A stretch of 64,000 bases of DNA from Octopus sinensis. Lineage: Eukaryota. Below are positions 49,051 to 61,410 of this stretch, piece after piece. The position numbers and the translations under genes are program-made. The DNA lies in contig NC_043014.1 of NCBI RefSeq assembly GCF_006345805.1, forward strand, positions 45,446,001 through 45,510,000, given 5' to 3'. The notes beneath the pieces are model-generated. The model was not told where the DNA came from. It saw only the letters and a list, made by a program, of their open reading frames with translations, and did not search any database. Position 1 is the first letter of the stretch. Every line of letters begins with the position of its first letter.

Positions 49051-49737
49051 TGGTTGGCTGCACTACTTTCAATGTTTGTGTGCTAAAAGGTGGTGCTCTG
49101 GTGGTTATGTAGCCAAGGTTTTGTCTTAATAAATTGCAGAAACAAGAGTGTGTATAGTTTCTGACTTATTGTCTTGGCTCTGTCTACTGAAATCATGTCT
49201 CAGGCTGGAGCTTTACACCGAGCTCAGCTCTAGTCTGTTGCTCACAACATGGTTGCCAAGCAAACTTCTTAACCACACAACCTATACATACATACATATG
49301 TGTAAGTCCATGCACAAATATATACTCATGCAACAGCAGCACCAATTCAAACACTATACACATACACTCACACACACACGCACATATATATACACACACA
49401 CATGCACATACATACACATACGTACATACACACATACATACACATATACACACATACATATACATACGTACAATACACACACATACATAGATACACTCAC
49501 ACACACAAACACATACATACATACACACATACATACACACACATACACACACACACACACATACACACATACATACATACTTTTGACAACCGGTGTCGGT
49601 GTGTTTATGGCCCTGCAAACATAGCGGGTTCAGCAAAAGTGACCGATAGAACAGGTACCATGCACAAAAATATCTTCAAAGGTGGTGCCTCAGCATGGCT
49701 GCAGTCTAATGACTGAAACAAGTAAAAGATAAAAGAT

Positions 49738-49775
<38 letters not shown>

Positions 49776-50034
49776 ATGCAGTCACTTATGGACTGTAATG
49801 ACCACAGAACCAGCTATTCAGTGATACATTTGCAAATGAAAGGCAGGATGGTTTTTTTTTTCTTTTTGAGACATTATAAGCTCTACATTTCAGAGAAGTT
49901 GCAGGAAATGGTAATCTATTGGAATACTGTTGTTTATGCAAATCCTGTGTCCATTCTCTTGGGGAAGCTATATACACAGCAGATTGTCCACATAGCTCTG
50001 GCTTTAGATATTGAAAAAGAAGGAAGGAGAAGAC

Positions 50035-50067
<33 letters not shown>

Positions 50068-50101
50068 CTGTGTATGGTCTTATAACTGAAATGAAATCTA
50101 T

Positions 50102-50445
50102 CTAGATAGATACATACATAGATAGATATATAGATAGATAGATACAAAGATAGATAGATAGATAGATAGATACATAGATAGATACATAGATAGATAGATA
50201 CATAGATAGATAGATACATAGATAGATAGATAGATAGATACTTAGATAGATAGATAGATAGATAGATACATAGATAGATACATAGATAGATAGATACATA
50301 GATAGATAGATACATAGATAGATATATAGATAGATATATAGATACATAGATAGATAGATATATAGATACATAGATAGATAGATAAATACATACATAGATG
50401 GATAGATATATACATAGATAGATAGATAGATAGATACATAGATAA
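50102..50445. repeat. (AGAT)n microsatellite with interspersed ACAT units
   Basis: Direct inspection. Confidence 0.95.
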
Positions 50446-50446
50446 C

Positions 50447-51050
50447 TTTCTTTTATTAGCCACACAGGGCTGAATACAGAGGGGACAAATACAAATGTAG
50501 AGCTTTTCTTTTCGAGGGTGGGAAAAAGAAAATAAATGTAAGATTGCGATCAAAAGGGATCGAGAGGAAAAAAAAAAAAAAAAAAGGAAAGAAATCGTGT
50601 ATCACAGAAACATTGATAAAAACATTGATAAAACAAGATTGGGTTCATCCGTGGGAAGAAAAGCCTACAGAAAAGACCACGGGAACCTCAGTCAGGGAGG
50701 AAATAACCACATGAGAGCAAAATGCTCTCTCTTTCTTTTTTACGATTTACAGGGTCATGCTCAAAATGGTTTCGTCACTCGCACGCACCATCTTTGCAAC
50801 ATTCACCCATCTTTTTTTGAATCTTTCACGAGACAAAACTTCCCTCTCCATTCTCACCTTCCTTTTCAAGTGCTTCTCGATAGCACTGCCAGGCCAGGGA
50901 TCTTTGGTGATTGTTCATAGGTCCCGGCCCGAAAGTTGTCCTGAACAGGCGGGTCAGGTGTTCCACGTTGACGCCCAGACACTGCCCGAGTTCGTCGTCG
51001 CACCTCCCTTCCACTAATCCTCTATAGAATGCCTTTGTTGTGATGGAGTC
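50447..51050 (-). mobile_element. L1/Tx1-clade LINE 3' end (internally deleted ORF2 C-terminus plus 3' UTR)
   Basis: Reads TTKAFYRGLV...LTRLFRTTFGPGPMNNHQRSLAWQCYREAL, then LKRKVRMERE.LSRERFKKRW...SMTL*. The 3' UTR is homologous to 56265-56510. Confidence 0.65.
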
Positions 51051-51061
51051 GCACAAGTTCG

Positions 51062-51760
51062 ATTGCGAACGTGTGACTGCACATGCGCGAAAAAGTGACT
51101 GCGCATGCGCGAAAGTGTAACTGCGCATGGGCGAACGCGTGACTGCGCATGCGTGAAAGTGTGACTTCTGTATATACTTGGATATTTATTGATTTCACCA
51201 ATACTCATAATAATGCTGAAAAATAAGAATTATAAATAAAACCACATGCGCAGTCACACGTTTGCGCATGCGCAGTCTCACTTTCGCGCATGCGCAGTCA
51301 CGTTCGTGCATGCGCAGTCACACGTTCGCGCATGCGCAGTTACACTTTCACACATGCGCAGTCACACGTTCGTGCATGCGCAGTCACACGTTCGCGCATG
51401 CGCAGTCACACTTTCACGCATGCGCAGTCACACGTTCACGCATGCGCAGTTACACTTTCACGCATGCGCAGTCACACGTTCGCGCATGTGCATGCACACA
51501 ATCGTGCATGCGCATGCACACAATCGCACATGTGCACGCACACGTTCTCTCATGCGCAGTCACACGTTCGTGCATGCGCACGCACAGTTCGCGCATGCGC
51601 ACGCACAAGTTCGATGAGCCCACGCACAAGTTCGATGATGCCCACGCACAAGTACGCGCATGCGTATGCACACGTTCGCGCGTGCGCACGCGAAACTACG
51701 AGCATGCGCACGGACATGTTCACGCATGTGCGTTCACAATTTCGTGCATGCGAAAATAAA
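51062..51760. repeat. Foldback-like array of a 22-bp unit (CGCATGCGCAGTCACACGTTCG)
   Basis: About 4 inverted units at 51062-51166, an AT-rich spacer, then direct units at 51244-51760. Confidence 0.9.
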
Positions 51761-52191
51761 TAGATAGATGAAGAGATGATGGGGTAGATAGACAGATATA
51801 AAGTATAGATGGAGAGATAAGTATTTATGTGTATGTCTGGGAGTGAGTGCATATATCGATAAGCTGATTTGTATGTGTGGATATGAGCCTCTGTCCGTGT
51901 GCGTTCACTAATGGTCTCCTGTGACTAAACAAAGGCAAGCACATACATGCAAACATACACACATAACAAACATATGCATACACATACATATACATGCCTC
52001 TATTTGTTTGCGTCTGTATGTTAGTGTTTGTGTGTTTGTGTATGTGTCTGGGAATGTGTGTGCATTTGTTGGTGTGTATGTAGGTATGTATTTGCTTGTT
52101 GTCTGCATGTGGTGTGTGTGTGTGTGTGTGTGTGCTATTAACTTCATGAAACTAAACACAAACATACACATATGCACATATGTGCATGCAT

Positions 52192-52600
52192 AGGCGCAGG
52201 AGTGGCTGTGTGGTAAGTAGCTTGCTAACCAACCAAGTGGTTCCGGGTTCAGTCCCACTGCGTGGCACCTTGGGCAAGTGTCTTCTGCTATAGCCCCGGG
52301 CCGACCAATGCCTTGTGGGTGGATTTGGTAGACGGAAACTGAAAGAAGCCTGTCGTATATATGTATAGATATATATGTGCGTGTCTGCGTGTTTGTGTGT
52401 CTGTGTTTGTCCCCCTAGCATTGCTTGACAACCGATGCTGGTGTGTTTACGTCCCCGTCACTTAGCGGTTCGGCAAAAGAGACCGATAGAATAAGTACTG
52501 GGCTTACAAAGAATAAGTCCCGGGGTCGATTTGCTTGACGAAAGGCAGTGATCCAGCATGGCCGCAGTCAAATGACTGAAACAAATAAAAGAGTAAAAAG
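52192..52600 (+). mobile_element. SINE family A
   Basis: Full-length match. Confidence 0.85.
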
Positions 52601-52675
52601 AGTAATATACATATACATACATATGCATATATATATACATATACATATCCATCACCATCACGAGACCGACCAGTC

Positions 52676-53120
52676 CATCAGATGTAGTTACACATCGCTG
52701 GTCACAATGCGTTCGCATTGTTTTAGCCTTCGAATGACGCCACCCCGCTGGCTAAGCGAGCAGGCCAAGAGAGAAGAGTGGGAGAAAGAGTGGTGAAAGA
52801 GTACAGCAGGATCAAACCACCCCTGCCGGAGCCTCGTGGAGCTTTTAGGTGTTTTCGCTCAATAAACACTCACAACGCCCGTCTGGGAATCGAAACCGCG
52901 ATCCTATGACCATTGCGCCTCCACACATATACATATACATATGTATATATGTATATGTATATGTGTGGAGGTGCAATGGCCCAGTGATTAGGGCAGCGGA
53001 CTCGCGGTCGTAGGATCGCGGTTTCGATTCCCAGACCGGGCGTTGTGAGTGTTTATTGAGCGAAAACACCTAAAAGCTCCACGAGGCTCCGGCAGGGGGT
53101 GGTGATCCCTGCTGTACTCT
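52676..53120. mobile_element. SINE family D in head-to-head inverted duplication
   Basis: Arms 52798-52940 and ~52945-53120 are reverse complements, including the 5' flanking microsatellite. Confidence 0.75.
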
Positions 53121-53248
53121 GGCAAGACTGACATACATATGCAAAATATATGCATGCATAAGTATGTGCACCAATGAATTCATGTGATTAAACACAAACG
53201 CATATACATACATATATACACACATCACATCTGCTATAATAATACTCT

Positions 53249-53670
53249 ATGAAGGCGGCGAGCTGGCAGAAATGTTAGCACGCCGGGCGAAATACGTAGC
53301 GGTATTTCGTCTGCTGTTACGTTCTGAGTTCAAATTCCGCCGAGGTCGACTTTGCCTTTCATCCTTTCGGGGTCGATAAATTAAGTACCAGTTATGCACT
53401 GGGGGTCGATGTAATCGACTTAATCCGTTTGTCTGTCTTTGCTTGTCCCCTCTGTGTATAGCCCCTTGTGGGTAGTAAAGAAATAGGTATTTCGTCTTCG
53501 GCTACGTTCTGAGTTCAAATTCCGCCAAGGTCGACTTTGCCTTTCATCCTTTCGGGGTCGATAAATTAAGTACCAGTTACGCACTGGTGGTCGATGTAAT
53601 CGACTTAATTCGTTTGTCTGTCTTTGCTTGTCCCCTCTATGCTTAGCCCCTTGTGGGTAATAAAGAAATA
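53249..53670 (+). mobile_element. SINE family B dimer bounded by one TSD
   Basis: TSD TATAATAATACTCT at 53235-53248 and 53671-53684; junction AAAGAAATA|GGTATTTCGTC at 53485. Confidence 0.9.
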
Positions 53671-53789
53671 TATAATAATACTCTTGTGTTTTTCTCTGTC
53701 ACAACATATGAATGAGAAAGGAAGAGGTGATAGATGAATAAGGAAGGAAGGGGGTGGTGGCAAAGTGGTAGTGGGATGATGGAAATACT

Positions 53790-54200
53790 ACACTTTACTC
53801 TCTTTTACTCTTTTACTTGTTTCAGTCATATGACTGTGGCCATGCTGGAGCAACGCCTTTTAGTCGAGCAAATCGACCCTAGGACTTATTCTTTGTAAGC
53901 CTGGTACTTATTCTATCGGTCTCTTTTGCTGAACTGCTAAGTTACAGGGATGTAAACACACCAGCATCGGTTGTCAAGCGATGTTGGAGGTGGGGGACAA
54001 ACACAGACACACAAACATATACACACACATACATACATATATACGACAGGCTTCTTTCAGTTTCTATCTACCAAATCCACTCACAAGGCTTTGGTCGGCC
54101 TGGGGTTATAGTAGAAGACACTTGCCCAAGGTGCCATGCAGTGGGACTGAACCCGAAACCATGTAGCTAGGAAGCAAGCTCCCTAACCACACAGCCATGC
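53790..54200 (-). mobile_element. SINE family A
   Basis: Full-length match. Confidence 0.85.
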
Positions 54201-54379
54201 CCGATATATATATATATATATATATTTATACAACTTATAAACAAGGGCAAAAGAAAAAAATTTCTCATGCCAAATATGCTGAAACTAGACACATTGTCTG
54301 TAACCATATAATTCATCACTGTAAGCATGTGTCTCGAAGAAAACCGACAGAAATTTCTAAAAAATTTCGTTATTACCAT

Positions 54380-54431
54380 ATCGGACCCGATTTCAGAGTT
54401 AGTTCATAAGAACCTTCTCTTCGTCAGTGAT
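54380..54431 (-). ncRNA. Type-I hammerhead ribozyme motif in a (TA)n-flanked pLTR-like segment (~54230-54480)
   Basis: ATCA-CTGACGA-AGAG-AAG-GTTC(TTAT)GAAC-TAA-CTCT-GAAA-TCGG-GTC-CGAT: canonical core and GUC triplet. Confidence 0.6.
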
Positions 54432-55091
54432 AAATGCGGCAAGGAAATAAATGAAATACTTACTTATATGTAAGTTATATATGAATGTTATATATATATA
54501 TATATATATGTATGCATGCATGCATGCATAAACGCTGGGCCACTGCACAATTAGCTGTCGGCTCTGTCTGAGCAGACCTATGATCATATGTACCCCAGCC
54601 ATGTATATCTTGGACAGTAATATAAAATGTTGCCTTCACCTTTTTTTACCTTAAAGATGGTAGGATATAAATTTGGGGGGAATTTGGCTGCTCTTTCTAG
54701 CATGCTAAACGGCTGCATAGAGGCCCCTTTGACAATAATAACGTTACACTGTGCTATTGAAGAAGGTTTCGTTACCATTATGGTGTTTTTTTCTGATTCT
54801 TTTATGCGAAGTCTCACCCTGAGAGAATTGGGTTTTGGAAGACAAACAGATTGTATGCAGACACATGGCTTGAAGACTAATTCTCACTGTGAGACTGGTA
54901 GGCTATAGATATGCAGCCTAAAAATACTAGAAAACTGAGTTCTGGCAAGACTGGCAGATCGTAGACACATATAACCAGAAGATCAATTCTTCCACTGGTG
55001 GTCTTTATGGTACACAAGGTTACAAATTCACTTATCAATCAAATCATGCCAGTATAGACCAAAAAAAAAAAAAAATTGAAGAAGTTGAATA

Positions 55092-55256
55092 TAGGCGCAG
55101 GAGTGGCTGTGTGGTAAGTAGCTTGCTAACCAACCACATGGTTCCGGGTTCAGTCCCACTGCGTGGCATCTTGGGCAAGTGTCTTCTGCTATAGCCCCGG
55201 GCCGACCAATGCCTTGTGAGTGGATTTGGTAGGCGGAAACTGAAAGAAGCCTGTCG

Positions 55257-55290
<34 letters not shown>

Positions 55291-55520
55291 CATGTGTGTG
55301 TGTATGTTTGTGTGTCTGTGTTTGTCCCCCCAACATCGCTTGACAACCGATGCTGGTGTGTTTACGTCCCTGTAACTTAGTGGTTTGGCAAAAGAGACCG
55401 ATAGAATAAGTACTGGGCTTACAAAGAATAAGTCCCAGGGTCGATTTGCTCGACTAAAGGGCGGTGCTCCAGCATGGCCGCAGTCAAATGACTGAAACAA
55501 GTAAAAGAGTAAAGAGAGTA
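55092..55520 (+). mobile_element. SINE family A
   Basis: Full-length match. Confidence 0.85.
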
Positions 55521-56264
55521 AGTTCTTTTAACATTTATCCAAACTACTCAAGACACATGATTGGAATTTATAGTCTTAGAACTAAATCTGTTTGAAAACT
55601 GCCAATCAATATATAGATGTTGTTGCAGTTGTTTGGAAAGCCAAATCAGCTTAGTTCAGAATTATAAGCTGAAGAACAAAGAGTAGAATTTAAATTAAGC
55701 TTTTAACTAAAATTAGGGCTGAAATTTTTAAGCAAATCTCTTTTATTCTTAAGGATTAAGAATAGAATTTATATAAATTTATATCGAAAACTCGAGAAAG
55801 GAAACGTAAAAGAAATAAGAAAAAATACAACAAAAATAAAAAGTCGCACACTACGTCTTCCCAAGAAGGAAGGAAGGAAGGAAGATAAAAACGGAAAGAA
55901 GATAGGAATATAAAGAATAAAAGAAGAGGAAGAGAAGGGGGGAAAGTGGAGATGAAAAAGAGAAGAGGAGGGAGTCTAGTGGATTTGAAGTGTTCATGGT
56001 ATTGATAGAGAAATGCTGAAGATTTTCGTTGATATACTGGATTGAAACTTGTTTGTCAACTAATTTAGCGTCTTTGAGACCAAGACATGTTTGTTCTGGT
56101 AGCTTCTCTGGAAGATTACTACGCTAGCTTCTGTTCACATGAGTATTGATCTCACCGAATGTTGTTTACAGGATTGTGTGATATGTGTATGTGAATATAC
56201 ACCAGCACCATCACCATCATCATCGTCATCCTCATCGCTTCCAAATGTGTTAACATGTGACATT

Positions 56265-56510
56265 ATTAACCGAGGTTACTGTGGTCTTTTCCGTAGGCTT
56301 TTCTTTCCACAGATAAACCTTATCTGTTTCCCCCTTTACACTTTACATCATGACATTTCTGTGATACACGATCCCTATTGATCATTTTTTTTTACTATCC
56401 CATTTGATCGAATACCTCCCCCCCCCCTTTTTTTTCTCCCTAGAAAAAAAAAGCTCTACTTTGTAATTTTTCCCCTCTGTGTTCAGCCCTGTGTGACTAA
56501 TAAAGAAACA
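56265..56510 (+). mobile_element. L1/Tx1 3' UTR fragment
   Basis: Homologous to 50447-50690; ends CCCCTCTGTGTTCAGCCCTGTGTGACTAATAAAGAAA. Confidence 0.65.
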
Positions 56511-57169
56511 TATCCTCATTGCTTCCACTGTCACTGGCAGAATTGCTAGCACGCTGGTCAAAATGCCTGTATGTTCTGAGTTCAAATTCCACCTTGGTCA
56601 ACTTGGCCTTTCATCTTTTCAAGGTTGATGAAACAAGTACCTGTCAAGCACTGGGGGGGGGATGTAACTGACTTTCCCCTTCACTCCCAAAACTGCTGGC
56701 CTTGTGCTAAAATTTGAAACTATTATTTCAATGTACACGTTACCATGCTTGCATGGGTCAGACGAAATTTCTTAAGGCAGATTTTCTACAGCTGGATGCT
56801 CTTCCTGTCACTGACTCTTAATTGTTTCCAAGCAAGGTAATACACACCCTAGTCTTTAAAACACAAACAGCAGAATGGCTGGACATGTTTATATGGAAGA
56901 TTGCAAATGAACGACATTGCCTGTATAACGGTGATGTTTGTTTTCAATTAGGACATAATGTCAAGAGAAGAAGACTTATACACACACAGTTTTCATTTAC
57001 CAAATTTACCCAAAGGGCTTTGGTTGGCCCGAGGCTATAGTAGAAGACACTTACCCAAGGTGCCATACAGTGGGAATGAACCTGAAGCCATGAGGTTGGG
57101 AAGCAAGCTTGTTACTACACAGCCATGCCAGCATGAAAAATGGACATTAAATTATGATGATGACAATAA

Positions 57170-57710
57170 TAATGACTCACACACACACACACCCTCTCTC
57201 TTTCTTTCTCACATACACACACACTTTCTTTCTCACAACACACACACACACACACACACTCTCTCTCTCTTTCTCACACACAACTCTCTTTCTCACACAC
57301 ACACACACACACACACCCTCTTTCTCACACACACACTCTCTCTCTTACACACACACTCTCTCTCTCTCTCTCTCTCTTTCACACACACACTCTCTTTCTC
57401 ACACACACACACTCTCTTTCTCACACACACACACACACTCTTTCTCACACTCTCACACACACACACTCTCTCTCTCTCTTACACACACACACACTCTCTC
57501 TCTTACACCACACACACACTCTCTCTCTCTTACACACACACACACACTCTTTCTCTCTCACACACACACACACTTTCTTTCTCACACACACAGACACTCT
57601 CTCTTTCTCACATACACACACTCTCTCTTTCTCACACACACCATACACACTCTCACTCACTCACAATCACTTTCTCTCTCTCTCTCTCTCTCTCTCTCCC
57701 TCTCTGTCTC
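57170..57710. repeat. (CA)/(CT) compound low-complexity tract
   Basis: Direct inspection. Confidence 0.95.
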
Positions 57711-58244
57711 TGAAAATTTCCATGTCCCCTTAACTTTAATTAAAACTTCTGAAACGTCATGCATTGCCAGCTCAGTGGTTCTCTATGCGAGCTAACTGTC
57801 CCCTCGCTTCGCTTTACCACATGCAAACAACAAATGCACTGACCACCACCATCAGTACCACCACCACCACCACCACCACCACCACTATTACTAATACTGC
57901 TAACCACCACCACCAGCACCGACACCACCACCACCCACTTGTCCATTCAGGCATGTAATGAGCTGATTATCTTCATCAAACCTATCTCATACTATATTAT
58001 AATACACAATATCATTTGCCTTGTTTGCTCCGATGGACAAAGAAGACACATTGAATCCATTGGTGTAACATATTTCTAACAGACGCAGTTAACTCGCCAG
58101 TTGCTATCACTTGCTGCTTTTACCGTATTTTCATGTTATTCTATTTATATACTAATTTGTTTATTTCTATACTTTGTCGCTTTTGTTTCGTTGTCTTGCA
58201 CCTTTTTTTTTGTTTTTATGGTGTTTTTTTTTTTTTTTATCTTA

Positions 58245-58644
58245 CTAGCAGTGTCGCCCGGCGTTGCTCGGGTTTGTTTCGACCCTTTAGAATTGGAATT
58301 TTTGAAAAGTAAAAATTTTGCATTATGTAGCTTGTTATTCTCTTTAAGTGAACATTTTTTTTCTGATTGAAATACACCGAAAAATGGCGACACAGCAATA
58401 AAAAATCGTAAAAAATAGGGATTTTCATAGAAAAAAAAAAAAAGCATCTTTTTGATGTAAATAATTTTTGGTGTTACCATGGTCCGATTTTAATTTTTTC
58501 TTCTACGGAAGGAAGAGCAAGCCTTCTTCTATCATACTCTCAATTTTGGTCTACTTGCGCCGCAGGGTCTCGGAGGAGATAGTATTAGTTGAAGGCTACC
58601 AAACCTGCCATACACGAACAACTTCAGCTTTATATATAGAGAGA
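58245..58644 (-). mobile_element. Non-autonomous Helitron (related termini, different interior)
   Basis: A|TCTCTCTATATATAAAGCTGAAGTTG ... CCCGAGCAACGCCGGGCGACACTGCTAG|T. Confidence 0.75.
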
Positions 58645-58964
58645 TATTAAGCATGTTGGGATTTCCTCCTTTTCTTTTGCTTACTCTTTTACTCTTTTAC
58701 TTGTTTCAGTCATTTGACTGTGGCCATGCTGGAGCACCACCTTTTAGTTGAGCAAATCGACCCCAGGACTTATTCTTTGTAAGCCTAGTACTTATTCTAT
58801 CGGTCTCTCTTGCTGAACTGCAAGGTTGATCTAATCGACTGCCCCCCCCCACCTCCAAAAATGTTGGGCCTTGTGCCTAGAACAGAAAAGAATATATAAT
58901 ACGTAATAAGTTGTAATATGTGTATGTGCTTATAGTACTTACAATTTCTGTATGTGTATGTGCT

Positions 58965-59380
58965 AAGGGCGGCGAGCTGGTAGAATCATTAGTACACCGA
59001 GTAAAATGCTTAGCGTTACGTTCTGAGTTCAAATTCCACCGAAGTCGACTTTGCCTTTCATCCTTTCGGGGTCGATAAATTAAGTACCAGTTACGCACTG
59101 GGATCGATGTAATTGACTTAATCCGTTTGTCTGTCCTTGTTTGTCCCCTCTATGTTCAGCCCCTTGTGGGCAATAAAGAAATAAGAATCATTAACACACC
59201 AGGCAAGATGCTTAGCACCATTTTGTCTGTCTCTACATTCTGAGTTCAAATTCCGCTGAGGTTGACTTTTCCTTTCAGTCCTTTTGGGGTTGATAAAATG
59301 AGTGCCAGTTAAACACTGGGGTTGATTTAATTGACTTGGCCCCACCCCCAAAACTGTCGCCCATGTGCCAAAATCTGAAA
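58965..59380 (+). mobile_element. Two adjacent SINE family B copies with different 3' tails
   Basis: First ends AATAAAGAAATA at ~59183; second ends with the CCCCACCCCCAAAA...GTGCC tail. Confidence 0.7.
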
Positions 59381-59413
59381 CCTGTATATGTATGTGTTTG
59401 TTTTCTGTATAGA

Positions 59414-60566
59414 TACATTGACTTTGCTAAGGCTTTCAACTCTGTGCCACACAAAAGGCTTATGGTGAAACTCTCTGCAATGGGTGTGGGGGATGACCTT
59501 TTTAACTGGTTGAAATCCTTCATCCTCAGCCGAAAGGAGGTAGTCACAGTTCTAGGACAGCACTCTACACCATATGAGATGTCATCGGGTGTACCACAGG
59601 GATCTGTCCTTGGTCCCCTCTGTTTGTGGCATACATTAACGACATAGATGCCAATTTAAAGAATGCCACATATTGAAATATGCAGACGACATCAAGCTGT
59701 ACTTTGAAATCAAGAGGACAGATCCTGATGTCTACAACTCTTTCTGCAATCAGACCTAGACACAATGCAGCATGGATCACAGACTGGCAACTGAAACTGG
59801 CTGTGGACAAGTGTACCACCATGCATTTTGGGAGAAAAAACCCTGCGTTCACTTACTCCCTCCACAACACTGATATCAAGAAATCCTCTTGCGAGCGTGA
59901 CCTAGGCATCACTGTCAGCAGTGATTTGCGTTGGTCAAAGCATATCTCTAAGATTGTCAGGAAGGCCGAGGGTGTCTTGGCATCACTCAGCAGGTCTTTT
60001 GTTAGCCGCTCTCCAGCCATCTATTTTAAAACTGTATACAGCTATGGTACGGTACGACCACACTTGGAATTCGCATCATCAGTTTGGAACCCCTATCTTG
60101 CACAGAACATTGACCTCCTGGAATCTGTCCAGAGACGTGCAACAAACGATACCCTCCATCAGACACCTACCATATTCTGAGCGCCTTGTTTCCCTGGGCA
60201 TGGATTCACTGAAGCTCCGGCGTTTGGCGACGGACTTGGTAAATACCCACAAAGTTATCAACCACCTCACCAACAACACACTGAACACCTTTTGATCTCC
60301 ATGTGTCTAACACACTGGACATGCCTACAAAGTCAGAAAACAATACAGCTCCCATGACTTTCGGAAACATTTTTTCACGCTCAGAGTTGCTGAAGCATGG
60401 AATAAACTGCCTGCGTCAGTTGTTTGACTGCCATGACACTGCATCTTTTAAGGCCCTCATGCTTTCCGAAATCCGCCGAAACTACACCTGTTTATATATA
60501 CACTTTAGATGAGTTGTAGTGCACCTGAGCACTGTACACATTATTATTATTATTATTATTATTATT
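59414..60566 (+). mobile_element. 5'-truncated CR1-clade LINE (RT, frameshifted)
   Basis: YIDFAKAFNSVPH, SGVPQGSVLGP, YADD at 59679-59690, VRPHLEFASSVWNP, (TAT)n tail. Confidence 0.9.
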
Positions 60567-60644
60567 TACATGCTAATGTGAGGTTTGTGTGTGTGTATGT
60601 TATTGTAGTTTATTTGTGTGTATGATGTGCGATGTGTTAAGTTA

Positions 60645-61045
60645 GTGCTGTGTGGTAAGTAGCTTGTTTACCAACCACATGGTTCCGGGTTCAGTCCCAC
60701 TGCGTGGCACCTTGGGCAAGTGTCTTCTACTAAAGCCTCGGCCGACCAAAGCCTGTGAGTGGATTTCGTAGACGGAAACTGAAAGAAGCCCATCGTAATA
60801 TATGTATATTATATTGTATATATGTGGCGTGTATGTTTGTGTATCTGGTTGTTCCCCTAGCATTGCTTGACACCGATGCTGGTGTGTTTATTTCCCCGTA
60901 ACTTAAGCGTTCGGCAAAACAAAAGACCGATAGAATAAGTACTGGGCTTACAAAGAATAAGTCCTGGGGTCGAGTTGCTCGATTAAGGCGGTGCTCCAGC
61001 ATGACCGCAGTGAAATGACTGAAACAAGTAAAAGAGAGTAAAAGA
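60645..61045 (+). mobile_element. SINE family A
   Basis: Near full-length match. Confidence 0.85.
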
Positions 61046-61165
61046 GTACAGGGTGTTTGTGAGTTATTGTATGTGTTTTCTTGTGTCGTGTGTGTTACAT
61101 GTGAACATGTTGTTTAGCCCTAGGCCAACCCTAAATGAACAGACATATGCTCAAAAACAGTCCAT

Positions 61166-61410
61166 CCTTGACCATCCCATCTTATTTCCCTATATACAAT
61201 GAACCCAGGATGACATCAACATTCCAGCCTTGACCATCCCATCTTATTTCCCTATATACAATGAACCCAGGACGACATCAACGTTCCAGCCTTGACCATC
61301 CAATCTTATTTCCCTATGTACTATGAACCCAGGATGACATCAACATTCCAACCTTGACCATCCCATCTTATTTCCCTATGTACTATGAACCTAGGACGGC
61401 ATCATCCAAT
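61166..61410 (+). repeat. 62-bp minisatellite (4 units) within an unclassified dispersed repeat
   Basis: CCTTGACC at 61166, 61228, 61290 and 61352. The host repeat (GCTATTTCTAGC motif) recurs at ~62300-62760 and elsewhere. Confidence 0.85.

Noticed and set aside
51246-51852. His/Ala/Arg-rich ORFs on both strands
   Set aside because: Translations of the 22-bp foldback array.
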